A program made the translations under genes and the position numbers. The notes under the pieces are model-generated. The model was given only the letters and a program-made list of their open reading frames with translations. It made no database searches and had not been told where the DNA came from. From contig JARGGI010000001.1 in assembly GCA_029210775.1 (NCBI GenBank), positions 16,493 to 80,492 on the forward strand: a DNA stretch of 64,000 nucleotides, given 5' to 3'. This DNA is from Patescibacteria group bacterium. Lineage in GTDB: Bacteria > Patescibacteriota > Minisyncoccia > JAHIHE01 > JAGLIN01. This document shows positions 1-14,415 of this stretch, piece by piece; positions within the stretch are counted from its first letter, which is position 1, and each line of letters opens with the position of its first letter.

Positions 1-232
1 AATTTATGTCAGACAATATAAAGTTCATTAACAAATGAATATAGTAAATCACAATCACAAATTATAAACTTTGTGCAGTTGTCCTGCGAGTCTATAAACT
101 TATCCGGTTATAGACATTTCCAAGATTTGAACTTTCGTGAAATTTCATAAATCAAGTTTTTTAAACTTAATTTAAAATTTCACTTTAAAATATCTTGTAA
201 TAATTAATTTTATTTATTAAAATTAATTATTC

Positions 233-1700
<1,468 letters not shown>

Positions 1701-2040
1701 CTAGGGAGTAAAGGTGTAGGATATAATTTTATATCCCTACCGTACGGACACAAAATTTTGTGTCCCTACCCAGATCGACTCCCGATTCGTCGGGAATTAC
1801 GATAGCTGTTGGTAATACAGGTTTATTTGTTGAAAAATAGATAAAAACAAAATTGCCTTCAGGACAATTGCACAAAGTTTGTAAGAAAACAAAGGTCGCA
1901 TCTATACAATAAGTATTGCATATGATGCGATTTTTGTTATAATGGAAATATCATATTTACGTTTTATAATATAAAAATTCTTACATTTAGATATAAATTT
2001 TATTTAATACATAAAATATTTATATGATAATATGAGTCTT

Positions 2041-2114
2041 GGGCGTGTAGCTCAGCTGGTTAGAGCGTTTCTCTGATAAGGAAAAGGTCCCTGGTTCGAG
2101 TCCAGGCACGCCCA
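2041..2114 (+). tRNA. tRNA-Ile (anticodon GAT) in 16S-23S spacer
   Basis: GGGCGTGTAGCTCAGCTGGTTAGAGC...CTGATAAG anticodon loop...GGTTCGAGTCC T-arm; acceptor GGGCGTG/CACGCCC; no encoded CCA. Confidence 0.9.
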
Positions 2115-2199
2115 CTTAATTAAAATGTAATATATAACAGATTACTTGCAATAAGATTTTATAAATGTTATAAGTATAAATGTTGATTTAAATTTATAT

Positions 2200-2273
2200 G
2201 GGCCCGTAGCTCAGCTGGCTAGAGCACTTGCCTTGCACGCAGGGGGTCGCAGGTTCGAATCCTGTCGGGTCCA
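2200..2273 (+). tRNA. tRNA-Ala (anticodon TGC), G3:U70 identity pair present
   Basis: GGGCCCGTAGCTCAGCTGGCTAGAGC...CTTGCAC anticodon loop...GGTTCGAATCC; acceptor GGGCCCG/CGGGTCC gives G3-U70. Confidence 0.9.
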
Positions 2274-2506
2274 CCCATTATTAATATTTTTATAAACTCG
2301 TGAATTATCACGAGTTTTATATTGTATAATTTAACAATATAATAATTGTTTTTTTAAGATTAATAAATATTTGTTGTATTAAAAAATTTATGTTATAATA
2401 AATATACTTTCGTTTCATACTTATTGAAAGTTTTTGAATTGGCATATATAAAAAAATAAAAATAAATTTAAATAAAAATAAAATAACAAGAAAGGGGGTG
2501 ACGTAA

Positions 2507-3190
2507 ATGCAATATCATTTATTTACAGATTACTATTTTATGATGTTAGGTTTGATGGGAGATTTTTATAAATCATTATTGCCTGAAGGTGTAATTAAAG
2601 CAATATTTATTTTTATAGTTGGTTTAATTTTTGCAATTGAGTTTAGTAAATTTGCGAAAAAACTCGCTATAAAAGCTGGGATAGATAAGACTTTGGAAAA
2701 AATGGGAGTAAAGAATTTATTTAAGAAAGCTGGAATTAAATTTTCAATAGCCGATGCAATTGGTTGGTTGGTAAAATGGTTTATTTTACTTTTTGCTTTA
2801 ATGTCCTCAGTTGATGCTTTAAATTTGCCTCAAGTTTCGCAATTCTTAAGTGTAATCTTAGGATATATACCAAGCTTATTTGGTGCGCTTATTATTTTGA
2901 CTGTCGGTCTTATCGTTTCTCAATTAGTCTATGAAGCTGTTGAGGGTGGATCAAAGGCAACAGGAATTAGAATGTATCACATCGCAGCAATTGCCTTTAA
3001 GTGGGTAATCGTTGTTGTCACATTATTGGTAGTTCTTGAGCAAATTGAAATCAAAACTGAAATCCTAAAAATTTTTGCAGGCGGTCTTTCTCTGATGATC
3101 GCTATCGCTGGTGGATTAGCATTTGGTTTGGGTGGACAATATCATGCTAAAGAATTGTTAGATGAGTTAAAAAGTAAGATAAGAAAATAA
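2507..3190 (+). CDS. hypothetical polytopic membrane protein (227 aa) encoded between tRNA-Ala and 23S
   Basis: Clean ORF preceded by strong SD AAGGGGGTGACGTAA-ATG; several hydrophobic helices; followed by a 12-bp-stem hairpin terminator. Confidence 0.75.
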   Translation: MQYHLFTDYYFMMLGLMGDFYKSLLPEGVIKAIFIFIVGLIFAIEFSKFAKKLAIKAGIDKTLEKMGVKNLFKKAGIKFSIADAIGWLVKWFILLFALMSSVDALNLPQVSQFLSVILGYIPSLFGALIILTVGLIVSQLVYEAVEGGSKATGIRMYHIAAIAFKWVIVVVTLLVVLEQIEIKTEILKIFAGGLSLMIAIAGGLAFGLGGQYHAKELLDELKSKIRK

Positions 3191-3225
3191 AGAATAAGTT
3201 ATTATCCAAATATTTGTGTGAGAAA

Positions 3226-3262
3226 CAGAACAAAGGCAAATCCGCATTTCGCGTTTGCCTTT
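3226..3262 (+). terminator. rho-independent-like hairpin after the 227-aa CDS
   Basis: AACAAAGGCAAA-tccgcatttcgcg-TTTGCCTTTGTT perfect 12-bp stem followed by T-rich tract. Confidence 0.6.
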
Positions 3263-3333
3263 GTTTCGTTGTTGATAAAAATGCGTTTTTATAACAGATA
3301 TAATTATGTTGGTTTTGTATTAATAAATACTTT

Positions 3334-3465
3334 GAATTATGAAATGTCTTTCTGAGCGAAATAAAGAATCACAAAATTACGCATACAGAACTTAATGAAA
3401 GGATTATTATGTCACTTTAATTCTTGAAGTAATAATAGTATTTTGTATTTTGTAATTCAAAATAA
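3334..3465 (+). repeat. intergenic repeat family D, copy 1 (about 130 bp; second copy 31779-31906)
   Basis: GAATTATGAAATGTCTTTCTGAGCGAAATAAAGAATCAC...GTATTTTGTAATTCAAA aligns about 80% with 31779-31906. Confidence 0.7.
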
Positions 3466-4089
3466 ATATGACAAAAAACTAATCAAGAAGTGTCAACCAT
3501 TTAGGATTAAACAAATTAATCCCTTAAATAAAATCCCAACATCAGGAAATACAAATAACAATTTACAGAGTTGGGAAAAAATAATTTAAAACAATAAACT
3601 TAAAAGTTTAAATTAAAAAACTATGATTAGAAATATTATAAATCTAATTTCTGGTTATTTTTTTGTTTTAGAGCTGTCAGTGTATCGCTTTAAATTATTG
3701 TTATCTTAGGTATTATTTACCTAAAATAGCGTTTATTATTATGCTTTTTACGAAGCTCTTGACAGTATTATTAATTGTGCTATTCTTATAAAGTGTTAAA
3801 AAGATAGAAAAATTATATAATTCATAAATAAAATTATGAAAAAGAAATTAAATACAGTTAAAAAAAGAAGCGGATAGTTTTGTAAATATGTAACGACTTT
3901 GAAACCGCCTCTTAAAAAAGGCATTTTTATTTTTTCTAATAATTTAAAATTATTTTCTAAAAAATTTAGTAAATATTTCTAGATTATTATAATCTAGTTG
4001 ATCATTGAAAACTGAATAAAGTGATTAAATATATAGGTAAATTACATCAATTTTATTTGCAATTATCAATTGCTAGTTAATCTTACATT

Positions 4090-7150
<3,061 letters not shown>

Positions 7151-7258
7151 TAATTGTGTTTTTTGTTTTTTCAAAAAGTGCAATTCAATGATTAACTAGC
7201 TGTTAATGGTTGTAATATTATTGATAAATTTATTTTATATAATTTAGTACAAGAATTC

Positions 7259-7376
7259 TCTGGTGATTTTAGCGATGAGGTCACACCTGATCCCATCTCG
7301 AACTCAGAAGTTAAGCTCATTAGCGCCGATGGTACTTGCTCCGTACGGAGTCGGGAGAGTAGGTCGTTGCCGGAGA
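7259..7376 (+). rRNA. rrf: 5S ribosomal RNA
   Basis: TCTGGTGAT...CCCATCTCGAACTCAGAAGTTAAGC...GCCGATGGTA...GAGAGTAGGTCGTTGCCGGAG canonical 5S helices. Confidence 0.9.
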
Positions 7377-7392
7377 TTTCTTGTACTAAATA

Positions 7393-7420
7393 GAAAAAAG
7401 GTCTTAAAGGCCTTTTTTGT
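7393..7420 (+). terminator. rho-independent terminator of rRNA operon
   Basis: AAAAAAGG-tcttaaagg-CCTTTTTTGTTT hairpin plus T-run immediately after 5S. Confidence 0.65.
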
Positions 7421-7534
7421 TTGACCAAAATATTATACAAGCTATAATAGATATAGATATAAATATTTAAAATAAAACTTAATTTATTGTATATAATTAT
7501 AATAAACAAAAATATAATTTCCTAATTTTTTATT

Positions 7535-8404
7535 ATGACAAGTAGTCAAAGGCTGATAAAAAAAATAATAATTATCTTAATTTTTTTATCTTCTATTGCT
7601 ATTATCGCAAGAATTTTATTTCCTCCAAGTGTGGAGTTTTGTTTTAATGGTGTTTTAGATTATGGAGAAGAAAAAGTAGATTGTGGTGAAATTTGTCAAA
7701 AAAAATGTCCACTTCCTCCAATGCCACCAAAAGTTAGTCAGATTCAAGTAGAGTGGGCTAAAGCCATAAATGATGGAGTTGACAACTATGATTTAATCGC
7801 AAAAGTAAAAAATGATAATGAATTATGGGGAATTTTTTCAGTAAGTTACAATTTTATAATCACTCAGGAAAATGGGGAAATTTTGAAAACACCAAAGGAA
7901 GAAACATATATTATGCCCAAGGGGTTTTTGAAAGAAGATGCGTATAAATATATATTTGAGGATAATTTTAAGCTTTCTTCAAATATTTCAAAAATTGAAA
8001 TTGAATTATCAGAACACAACTGGAGAGAGATAAAAGATCTGCGAGACCTTCCTCATTTTAATTCAAAAGTAATTGAAATTAGTGACAAAAAAGGAGATTA
8101 TATAAAAGACGGATCAGGATTTTATTATGTGTTTGGGATTACTAAAAATACTTCAAAATATGAGTTTCGTCGCGTTGATATTACGGTTGTTATATATAAT
8201 AAAAACAATGATCCAATTGCTGTCGGAAGAACAGATCAATGGACACTTTCAGGTGGGGAAAAAAGAGAATTCAGAAGTTTTTGGGAAGAAGAGTTTAAAG
8301 ACGAGATTGGATATATTGATTATATAGCCCAAACAAATGTTTTTGATTCTGAAAATTTTATGAACGATTTTGGGACGGGTGAGAAATTTATTGATATGCA
8401 ATAG
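7535..8404 (+). CDS. hypothetical secreted/membrane-anchored protein (289 aa), N-terminal TM, Cys cluster CGEICQKKC
   Basis: Long ORF, N-terminal hydrophobic segment, no recognisable family. Confidence 0.55.
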   Translation: MTSSQRLIKKIIIILIFLSSIAIIARILFPPSVEFCFNGVLDYGEEKVDCGEICQKKCPLPPMPPKVSQIQVEWAKAINDGVDNYDLIAKVKNDNELWGIFSVSYNFIITQENGEILKTPKEETYIMPKGFLKEDAYKYIFEDNFKLSSNISKIEIELSEHNWREIKDLRDLPHFNSKVIEISDKKGDYIKDGSGFYYVFGITKNTSKYEFRRVDITVVIYNKNNDPIAVGRTDQWTLSGGEKREFRSFWEEEFKDEIGYIDYIAQTNVFDSENFMNDFGTGEKFIDMQ

Positions 8405-8436
8405 ATAAGTTGATTTATAAATTATTTTTTGAATAA

Positions 8437-9555
8437 ATGAATTTAAATTTTATTGGTAAGATTGATAAGACGCTTTTTTTTGCTGTAGTAATTCTGATTT
8501 GTGTCGGACTGATAATTATTTTAAGCACGTCTTATAGTTCATCAGGAATTGATTTTCTTAATTTTAAAAAACAAATCATTTTTTCCGTAATTGGCATAGT
8601 ATTAATGTTTATAATAAGTCTTTTTGACTATAGGGCTTTGAAAAATTATACAGGCATTTTATATATTCTCGCTTTTTTTATTTTGGTTGCGGTTTTGTTT
8701 TCAGGGTTATTAATCAGGGGAGCTTCAAGTTGGTTTAGTTTTGGTTTTATAAATTTTCAACCATCGGAATTTGTAAAAATTATTGTAATTATAATTTTAG
8801 CGAAATATTTATCCAAAACGAAAGATTATGTAAGTGATATAAAAAGACTTGTGGTATCTGGAATATATATTTCTTTGCCTGTTTTGCTTATTCTTTTTCA
8901 ACCTGATTTCGGAAGCGCACTAGTTATAATGTTTATCTGGTTTTCCATGATTTTTATATCTGGCATTAACAGGAAATATATGATCTCAGTTATACTTTTG
9001 GGGGGGGTATTGTTTACAACGGGATGGTTATATGTTTTTAGAGACTATCAGAAAGATAGAATTTTAACTTTTGTAAATCCACAATCAGATCCTCACGGTG
9101 CTGGCTATAATGTTATACAATCTATAATTGCAATTGGTTCGGGAAATATCTGGGGAAAGGGATTGGGGCATGGTTCTCAGAGTCAGTTAAATTTCTTGCC
9201 TGAGAAACATACTGATTTTATTTTTGCTGTTATTGCCGAAGAAATGGGTTTTATTGGCATTGTTTTTGTTATCAGTCTTTTTGGCATTATTTTTTATCGG
9301 CTATTTAAAATTGTAAATGAGTCTCAAGATAATTTTGGCAAATTGATAGTTTTGGGTAGCGCATTTATGCTTATGTTTCATTTTTTTGTAAATACTGGAA
9401 TGAATATGGGAATTATGCCAATAACAGGAATTCCGCTACCATTTATAAGTTATGGTGGGAGTTCGCTTGTAGGATTTTTAATTGTTATAGGTTTAGTTCA
9501 AAGTGTTTATGTAAAAGGGAGGGGATATAAGATAGAGAAGGGGGAGGATGATTAA
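8437..9555 (+). CDS. ftsW: SEDS-family peptidoglycan glycosyltransferase FtsW/RodA
   Basis: 10-TM protein with conserved SEDS blocks (SEFVKI, PDFGSA, FIFAVIAEEMGF, PLPFISYGGSS). Confidence 0.85.
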   Translation: MNLNFIGKIDKTLFFAVVILICVGLIIILSTSYSSSGIDFLNFKKQIIFSVIGIVLMFIISLFDYRALKNYTGILYILAFFILVAVLFSGLLIRGASSWFSFGFINFQPSEFVKIIVIIILAKYLSKTKDYVSDIKRLVVSGIYISLPVLLILFQPDFGSALVIMFIWFSMIFISGINRKYMISVILLGGVLFTTGWLYVFRDYQKDRILTFVNPQSDPHGAGYNVIQSIIAIGSGNIWGKGLGHGSQSQLNFLPEKHTDFIFAVIAEEMGFIGIVFVISLFGIIFYRLFKIVNESQDNFGKLIVLGSAFMLMFHFFVNTGMNMGIMPITGIPLPFISYGGSSLVGFLIVIGLVQSVYVKGRGYKIEKGEDD

Positions 9556-9722
9556 ATGAGAATAGTAATTTATAGCTGTCGTTCCTACCATAGGGAGGAA
9601 TCGCTCTTATCTGGGAATTGATATTATATATCTTTTTTTATGGGAATAGTGTGAATTGTTAATTCTTCAATATAATTCTACCACTTCTTTAATTATCCAC
9701 CACAGTTATTAGTGTAGAGCCT
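9556..9722 (+). repeat. intergenic repeat family C, copy 1 (about 165 bp; second copy 26068-26233)
   Basis: AATGAGAATAGTAATTTATAGCTGTCGTTCCTACCATAGGGAGGAATCGCTCTTATCTGGGAATTGATAT...TCCACCACAGTTATTAGTGTAGAGCC about 90% identical to 26068-26233, same orientation. Confidence 0.8.
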
Positions 9723-9789
9723 GAATAATTTGCAAAAATAAAGATTTATGCTAAGATTAAAGCATTATTATCAATTTTTTTAAACAAAT

Positions 9790-11181
9790 ATGCCACAAAG
9801 AAATGACAATTTAATGGATAAAATCACATCACTTGCCAAGAGGCGAGGTTTTGTTTTTCCGGGAAGCGAAATTTACGGAGGGCTGGCAAATACTTGGGAC
9901 TACGGACCTGCAGGAGTAGAACTTAAAAATAATATCAAACAGGCTTGGTGGAAGTTTTTTGTTAAAGACCGGGAAGATGTAGTTGGTATTGATGCTGCAA
10001 TTTTGATGAATTCAAAAGTATGGGAAGCTTCCGGACATGTAGCCGGGTTTAATGACGCTCTAATTGACTGTAGGGCGTGCAAAGCGAGAATTAGGGCGGA
10101 TCATTTAATTGAAGATGCACTGAATATGAAAGCTGAAGGAATGACACCTGAGGATATGACAAAATTAATTAACGAGAATAAAATCAAATGTCCAGTTTGT
10201 GAAAAAATAGATTTTACTGAAGCTCGAAAATTTGGATTGATGTTTAAGACTTTTCAAGGAGTGACAGAAGAAGACAAGAATATTATTTATCTTCGACCTG
10301 AAACTGCACAGGCAATGTTTGTAAATTTTAAAAATGTTTTAAATTCAACTAATAAAAAAATTCCTTTTGGAATCGCCCAAATTGGAAAATCATTTCGAAA
10401 TGAGATTACACCTGGAAACTTTATTTTTCGAACAGTTGAATTTGAACAAATGGAAATAGAATATTTTATTAACGAAAAAGATTGGAAAAAGTTGTTTGAA
10501 TATTGGCAAAATGAGATGGCAAAATGGTTGGAGTTTATTGGTATAAAAAAAGAGAATTATTCAATTCGTGAGCACGATCAAGATGAACTTTCGCATTATA
10601 GCAAAAGAACAATTGATTTTGAATATGATTTTCCCTTCGGCACAAAAGAACTTTATGGGTTGGCTTACAGAACTAACTTTGATTTAATGAGTCATCAAAA
10701 TTCAAGTGGTCAAACAATGGAATATTTCGACGCTGAAAATAATCGCAAATATATTCCGCATGTTATAGAGCCTACATTTGGAGTTGACCGAACTGTTCTT
10801 GCAACAATGATTGATGCATACACAGAAGAAGAAGCGCCAACTTCAGACGGTAAAACTGAGATGAGAGTCGTTATGAAATTTAACAAAAACATCGCACCAG
10901 TCAAGGTTGCAATTTTACCTTTATCTAAAAAAGAAAATTTAAGTAAAAAAGCTAAAGAAGTTTTTGATTTAGTAAAAAACGAATTTACTTGTCAATATGA
11001 TGAATCACAAAGCATTGGAAAAAGATATCGAAGACAAGATGAAATTGGTACGCCTTATTGTGTGACGGTTGATTTTGAAAGTTTAGAAGATGATGCAGTA
11101 ACAATAAGAGATAGAGATTCAATGAAGCAGGAGAGGGTGAAGATTGAGGAGTTGGTTGAGTGGTTAAAAAAAGCTTTTTAG
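9790..11181 (+). CDS. glyQS: glycyl-tRNA synthetase (alpha2 type)
   Basis: N-term [18 protein letters not shown], class II motifs ([21 protein letters not shown]; [10 protein letters not shown]), anticodon-binding C-term. Confidence 0.9.
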   Translation: MPQRNDNLMDKITSLAKRRGFVFPGSEIYGGLANTWDYGPAGVELKNNIKQAWWKFFVKDREDVVGIDAAILMNSKVWEASGHVAGFNDALIDCRACKARIRADHLIEDALNMKAEGMTPEDMTKLINENKIKCPVCEKIDFTEARKFGLMFKTFQGVTEEDKNIIYLRPETAQAMFVNFKNVLNSTNKKIPFGIAQIGKSFRNEITPGNFIFRTVEFEQMEIEYFINEKDWKKLFEYWQNEMAKWLEFIGIKKENYSIREHDQDELSHYSKRTIDFEYDFPFGTKELYGLAYRTNFDLMSHQNSSGQTMEYFDAENNRKYIPHVIEPTFGVDRTVLATMIDAYTEEEAPTSDGKTEMRVVMKFNKNIAPVKVAILPLSKKENLSKKAKEVFDLVKNEFTCQYDESQSIGKRYRRQDEIGTPYCVTVDFESLEDDAVTIRDRDSMKQERVKIEELVEWLKKAF

Positions 11182-11355
11182 ATTGTAGATTTTAGTTTTT
11201 TAGGGCTTTAGGTCTTAGAAATATTAAAATATGTTAAATATGTCATTCTAAATTTATTTAAGAATCTTTTGGAAAATGTGTTTTGTCTGTGATTTATTTT
11301 ATAAAACTATAAATAACGAACGAGAAATTTCGATTTTATAATTCTATTAATTAAT

Positions 11356-11772
11356 ATGATAAATATAAAAGATTTGTTTAAAATTCTTAAAGAAGCTGGA
11401 AAGGTTGATGAATATCAAAAAATATTAGATTTAATTGATGATTCTCTTAAAATAAGAAAGGAAAATGACGAGTTAAAAAAAGAAATTGAAAAACTTAAAT
11501 TTGAAATTGAAGAATTGTCAGAAAAAAAGATTTTAGAAGATGATTTGAAACTTAAAGATAATGCATATTGGAAAAAGAGTGATGGAGACGGACCTTTTTG
11601 TACAAAATGTTTTGATGAAAATGGAATAACAATAAGAATTCCCACAGATCAGCTAAGCTTTTTATCTAATTGTCCTAAGTGTAAAAACAGTTTTAATTTG
11701 ACAGGTAAAAAAGGAGGAGGTGAAATATTAACTGATAGCGATCAAGATTTTGATAAATTTAGTGTTTTTTAA
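11356..11772 (+). CDS. hypothetical coiled-coil protein with C-terminal Cys4 zinc ribbon (138 aa)
   Basis: ORF; CTKC...CPKC pairs. Confidence 0.5.
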   Translation: MINIKDLFKILKEAGKVDEYQKILDLIDDSLKIRKENDELKKEIEKLKFEIEELSEKKILEDDLKLKDNAYWKKSDGDGPFCTKCFDENGITIRIPTDQLSFLSNCPKCKNSFNLTGKKGGGEILTDSDQDFDKFSVF

Positions 11773-11823
11773 TAAAGATAATAGTCTTGTGAAATAAATT
11801 ACATATTGCTTATGCTTCGAAAG

Positions 11824-11847
11824 ATTCTGAATCAAGTTCAGAATGAC
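11824..11847. repeat. small hairpin of the TGTCAT-terminus repeat superfamily (ATTCTGAA-tcaag-TTCAGAATGACA)
   Basis: 8-bp inverted repeat ending in AGAATGACA; same motif at 20471-20479, 34568-34578, 38315-38341, 38405-38423. Confidence 0.6.
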
Positions 11848-11869
11848 ATTTATAATTTAATAGAAAAAT

Positions 11870-12967
11870 ATGAAAAAAAAAGTGAATAGAAAAAAGCAGA
11901 AAGCTGACAATTTAGAAGAAATAAAAAATCTTTTAGAGAAGCTTTCTAACGCTAATGGAATTTCGGGGCATGAGAAGGAGATCAGAACCATTTTAAAAGA
12001 AGAATTGAAATCGTATGTTGATCAAATCAATACGGATAAGCTGGGAAATTTAATTGCTACCAAAAATGGCAAGGGACCGTCGGTGATGATTGCGGCACAT
12101 ATGGATGAAATTGGATTTATGGTTAAATACATAGATGATAATGGCTTTATCTATTTTGCTAAATCGGGTGGCTGGTTTGATCAGACACTTTTAAATCAAA
12201 GGGTTATTATCCATTCCAAAGAAAAACATATTACTGGTGTGGTTGGATCAAAACCACCACACATTATGAAAGCAGAAGAAATGAAAAAGATCATTGAGAT
12301 TGGCGAGATGTATATTGACATTGGCGCAAAGGATAAAAAAGACGCTGAAAAAATTGGTATTCAAGTAGGAGATACGATAACTTTAGATAGAAAATTTAAG
12401 AGTTTAGCTAATAATATAGTAACAGGCAAGGCATTTGATAATCGTGCTGGATTAGTTATGTTAGTTGAAGCGGCGCGAATTTTAAGCAAAAGCAAAGTGA
12501 ACGCAAAAATACATTTTGTTGGTACGGTACAAGAGGAGGTCGGCTTAAAAGGTGCAAGGACTTCTGCCTATAGTTTAAATCCCGATGTGGCTATTGCGAC
12601 TGATGTAAATATTCCTGGCGATCATCCAGGTGTAGAAAAAAAACATTCCTCCATTGAAATGGGCAAAGGACCTTCTATAACTGTTAGTGACGCCGAAGGA
12701 GTCGGTATTGTTGTTGCGGAATCTGTTTTAGATTGGATGAAGGGAACAGCTCAAAAGGCTAAAATACCTTATCAACTTAGTGTCACTGAAGGCGGAATGA
12801 CCGATGCGGCGATAATTAATATGACCAAACATGGAATTCCATCTGGTGGAATTTGTGTTGCGACAAGGTATATTCATTCTCCGGTTGAAGTTTTAGATTT
12901 GAAAGATCTTGAAGAGTGTGCGAAATTAATAGCCGAGTGTGTGAAGTCGGCATATAAATATTTTTAG
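11870..12967 (+). CDS. M42 family aminopeptidase (FrvX/endoglucanase-like)
   Basis: AAHMDEIGFMV, GKAFDNRAG, metal-ligand blocks typical of M42. Confidence 0.8.
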   Translation: MKKKVNRKKQKADNLEEIKNLLEKLSNANGISGHEKEIRTILKEELKSYVDQINTDKLGNLIATKNGKGPSVMIAAHMDEIGFMVKYIDDNGFIYFAKSGGWFDQTLLNQRVIIHSKEKHITGVVGSKPPHIMKAEEMKKIIEIGEMYIDIGAKDKKDAEKIGIQVGDTITLDRKFKSLANNIVTGKAFDNRAGLVMLVEAARILSKSKVNAKIHFVGTVQEEVGLKGARTSAYSLNPDVAIATDVNIPGDHPGVEKKHSSIEMGKGPSITVSDAEGVGIVVAESVLDWMKGTAQKAKIPYQLSVTEGGMTDAAIINMTKHGIPSGGICVATRYIHSPVEVLDLKDLEECAKLIAECVKSAYKYF

Positions 12968-12993
12968 GATATTATCATAAAATGGTTTGAATA

Positions 12994-13030
12994 AAAAAGG
13001 ACAGTCCTTTGCATAAGGACTGTCCTTTAG
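12994..13030. terminator. bidirectional hairpin terminator between convergent genes
   Basis: AAAGGACAGTCCTT-tgcat-AAGGACTGTCCTTT 14-bp stem, A-run upstream, T-run downstream. Confidence 0.65.
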
Positions 13031-13112
13031 TGTTTTTTTGTTTTATACCACAATATTAACCAGCTTCCCTTTCACAAAAATCATTTAATATTATTTCACA
13101 TAAATTTGACCC
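13019..13112. repeat. duplicated copy of leuS 3' end/terminator region (Y) plus 27-bp repeat X; partners at 14311-14415
   Basis: 13019-13083 about 90% identical to 14354-14415; 13084-13112 matches 14311-14337. Confidence 0.8.
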
Positions 13113-14305
13113 AAGAAATTTATAAGATGCTTAAAATATACTTTATGATCTTCATGTCTTATTATTTCGCCTTCTTTTTGAGTTCTAAACCATTTTAGCC
13201 TATCTATTTTTATATTATCAAACCTTTTTGCCCATTTTGTTTCAACTCCCAGGGCAACAGCATAGGGAAGGTATTTTGAGAATGTTTCAACTTTCTCTTC
13301 ATCCATTCTGAATCGTTCGGCAGTTTGAAGATAGTCTTTAAATCCCAACCATTTGGCGCGTTCTTCAGCACCGAGTTTGGTATATTGTGATCTAAAAATA
13401 ACGTTTTCTTTTTTTGAAAATAAAGAGTTTTTGTATTGTGGACCTATGATGCTATTTGTTTTTGATATTAATGAAATAGATTGTCCTTTATAATCATTGC
13501 GATATGCGTCAACAGATCTTTTTAATTGTGTGGAAATATTTTCAGCTTCTTTTCTAGAAAAATATTTTCTATTTTCATATCTGAATAAAATTAATCTAAT
13601 ATCAATTTTTTTTAATTCACACCAATGTATAAAATGTTTTGATATATTATACTCATATTTTAGATAATATAGTCGCTTAAGCTGGTCTAAAATGAAATTT
13701 GATAATTTTTCAGTATCTATTATTATATTTTTAAGAGGGAAAACATCAACATTATTGTTTTTAAAATTGAATATGCAATCTGATATTAATCGGTCGCATG
13801 TATCAATAGCGTCAAAGCCTTTATTTTTGATTAGGTAGTATTTAAAACGACCTCTTTCAATTTTTTCGTCAATTGCCAAATGTCCCTTTATTAATAGGTG
13901 AAAAATCGTTGCGTAAAATTCGCGCTTGCCAATACTTTTATCTGTTAAATAACCGGCAATCGCAGGGTGAATATTTGATGGCGGTTGGTAAATTGGAATT
14001 ATTGTGGTATTTTTTAGAAGATGTTTTTCTTGTAAATAGTATATTCCATATTCCTTAATAAAAATTATTATTGCACATGCTAATAAAATAAATATATAAA
14101 GTAAAATTATATAAATGTTATTGTTAAATAAAGAAATTTTTATAAAAATCAAAGAATATAATTCATCAATTGGTAAAATAAGCAATGAAATAAGCACCAA
14201 AACACTAAAATATAAATATATAAATCTTTTGGCATATTTAGGTTTTTTTAAAAAAAGAAAATATATAATGGCAATTATATAAAGGAAGATTATTATATCA
14301 TTCAT
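13091..14305 (-). CDS. DUF2207-like predicted membrane protein (404 aa)
   Basis: N-terminal TM cluster, C-terminal FSKYLPYAVALGVETKWAKRF resembling DUF2207 C-terminus. Confidence 0.6.
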   Translation of the reverse strand: MNDIIIFLYIIAIIYFLFLKKPKYAKRFIYLYFSVLVLISLLILPIDELYSLIFIKISLFNNNIYIILLYIFILLACAIIIFIKEYGIYYLQEKHLLKNTTIIPIYQPPSNIHPAIAGYLTDKSIGKREFYATIFHLLIKGHLAIDEKIERGRFKYYLIKNKGFDAIDTCDRLISDCIFNFKNNNVDVFPLKNIIIDTEKLSNFILDQLKRLYYLKYEYNISKHFIHWCELKKIDIRLILFRYENRKYFSRKEAENISTQLKRSVDAYRNDYKGQSISLISKTNSIIGPQYKNSLFSKKENVIFRSQYTKLGAEERAKWLGFKDYLQTAERFRMDEEKVETFSKYLPYAVALGVETKWAKRFDNIKIDRLKWFRTQKEGEIIRHEDHKVYFKHLINFLGQIYVK

Positions 14306-14310
14306 ATATC

Positions 14311-14415
14311 TAATATTATTTCATATAAATTTGGTCCTTCTTTAAAGGATAGTCCTTTAGTGTTTTTTTGTTTTATATCACTATATTAACCAGCCTTCCT
14401 TTCACAAAAATCACT
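14311..14415. repeat. X' (14311-14337) and Y' (14354-14415) repeat copies; Y' contains the last 12 codons of leuS
   Basis: see 13019-13112. Confidence 0.8.
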
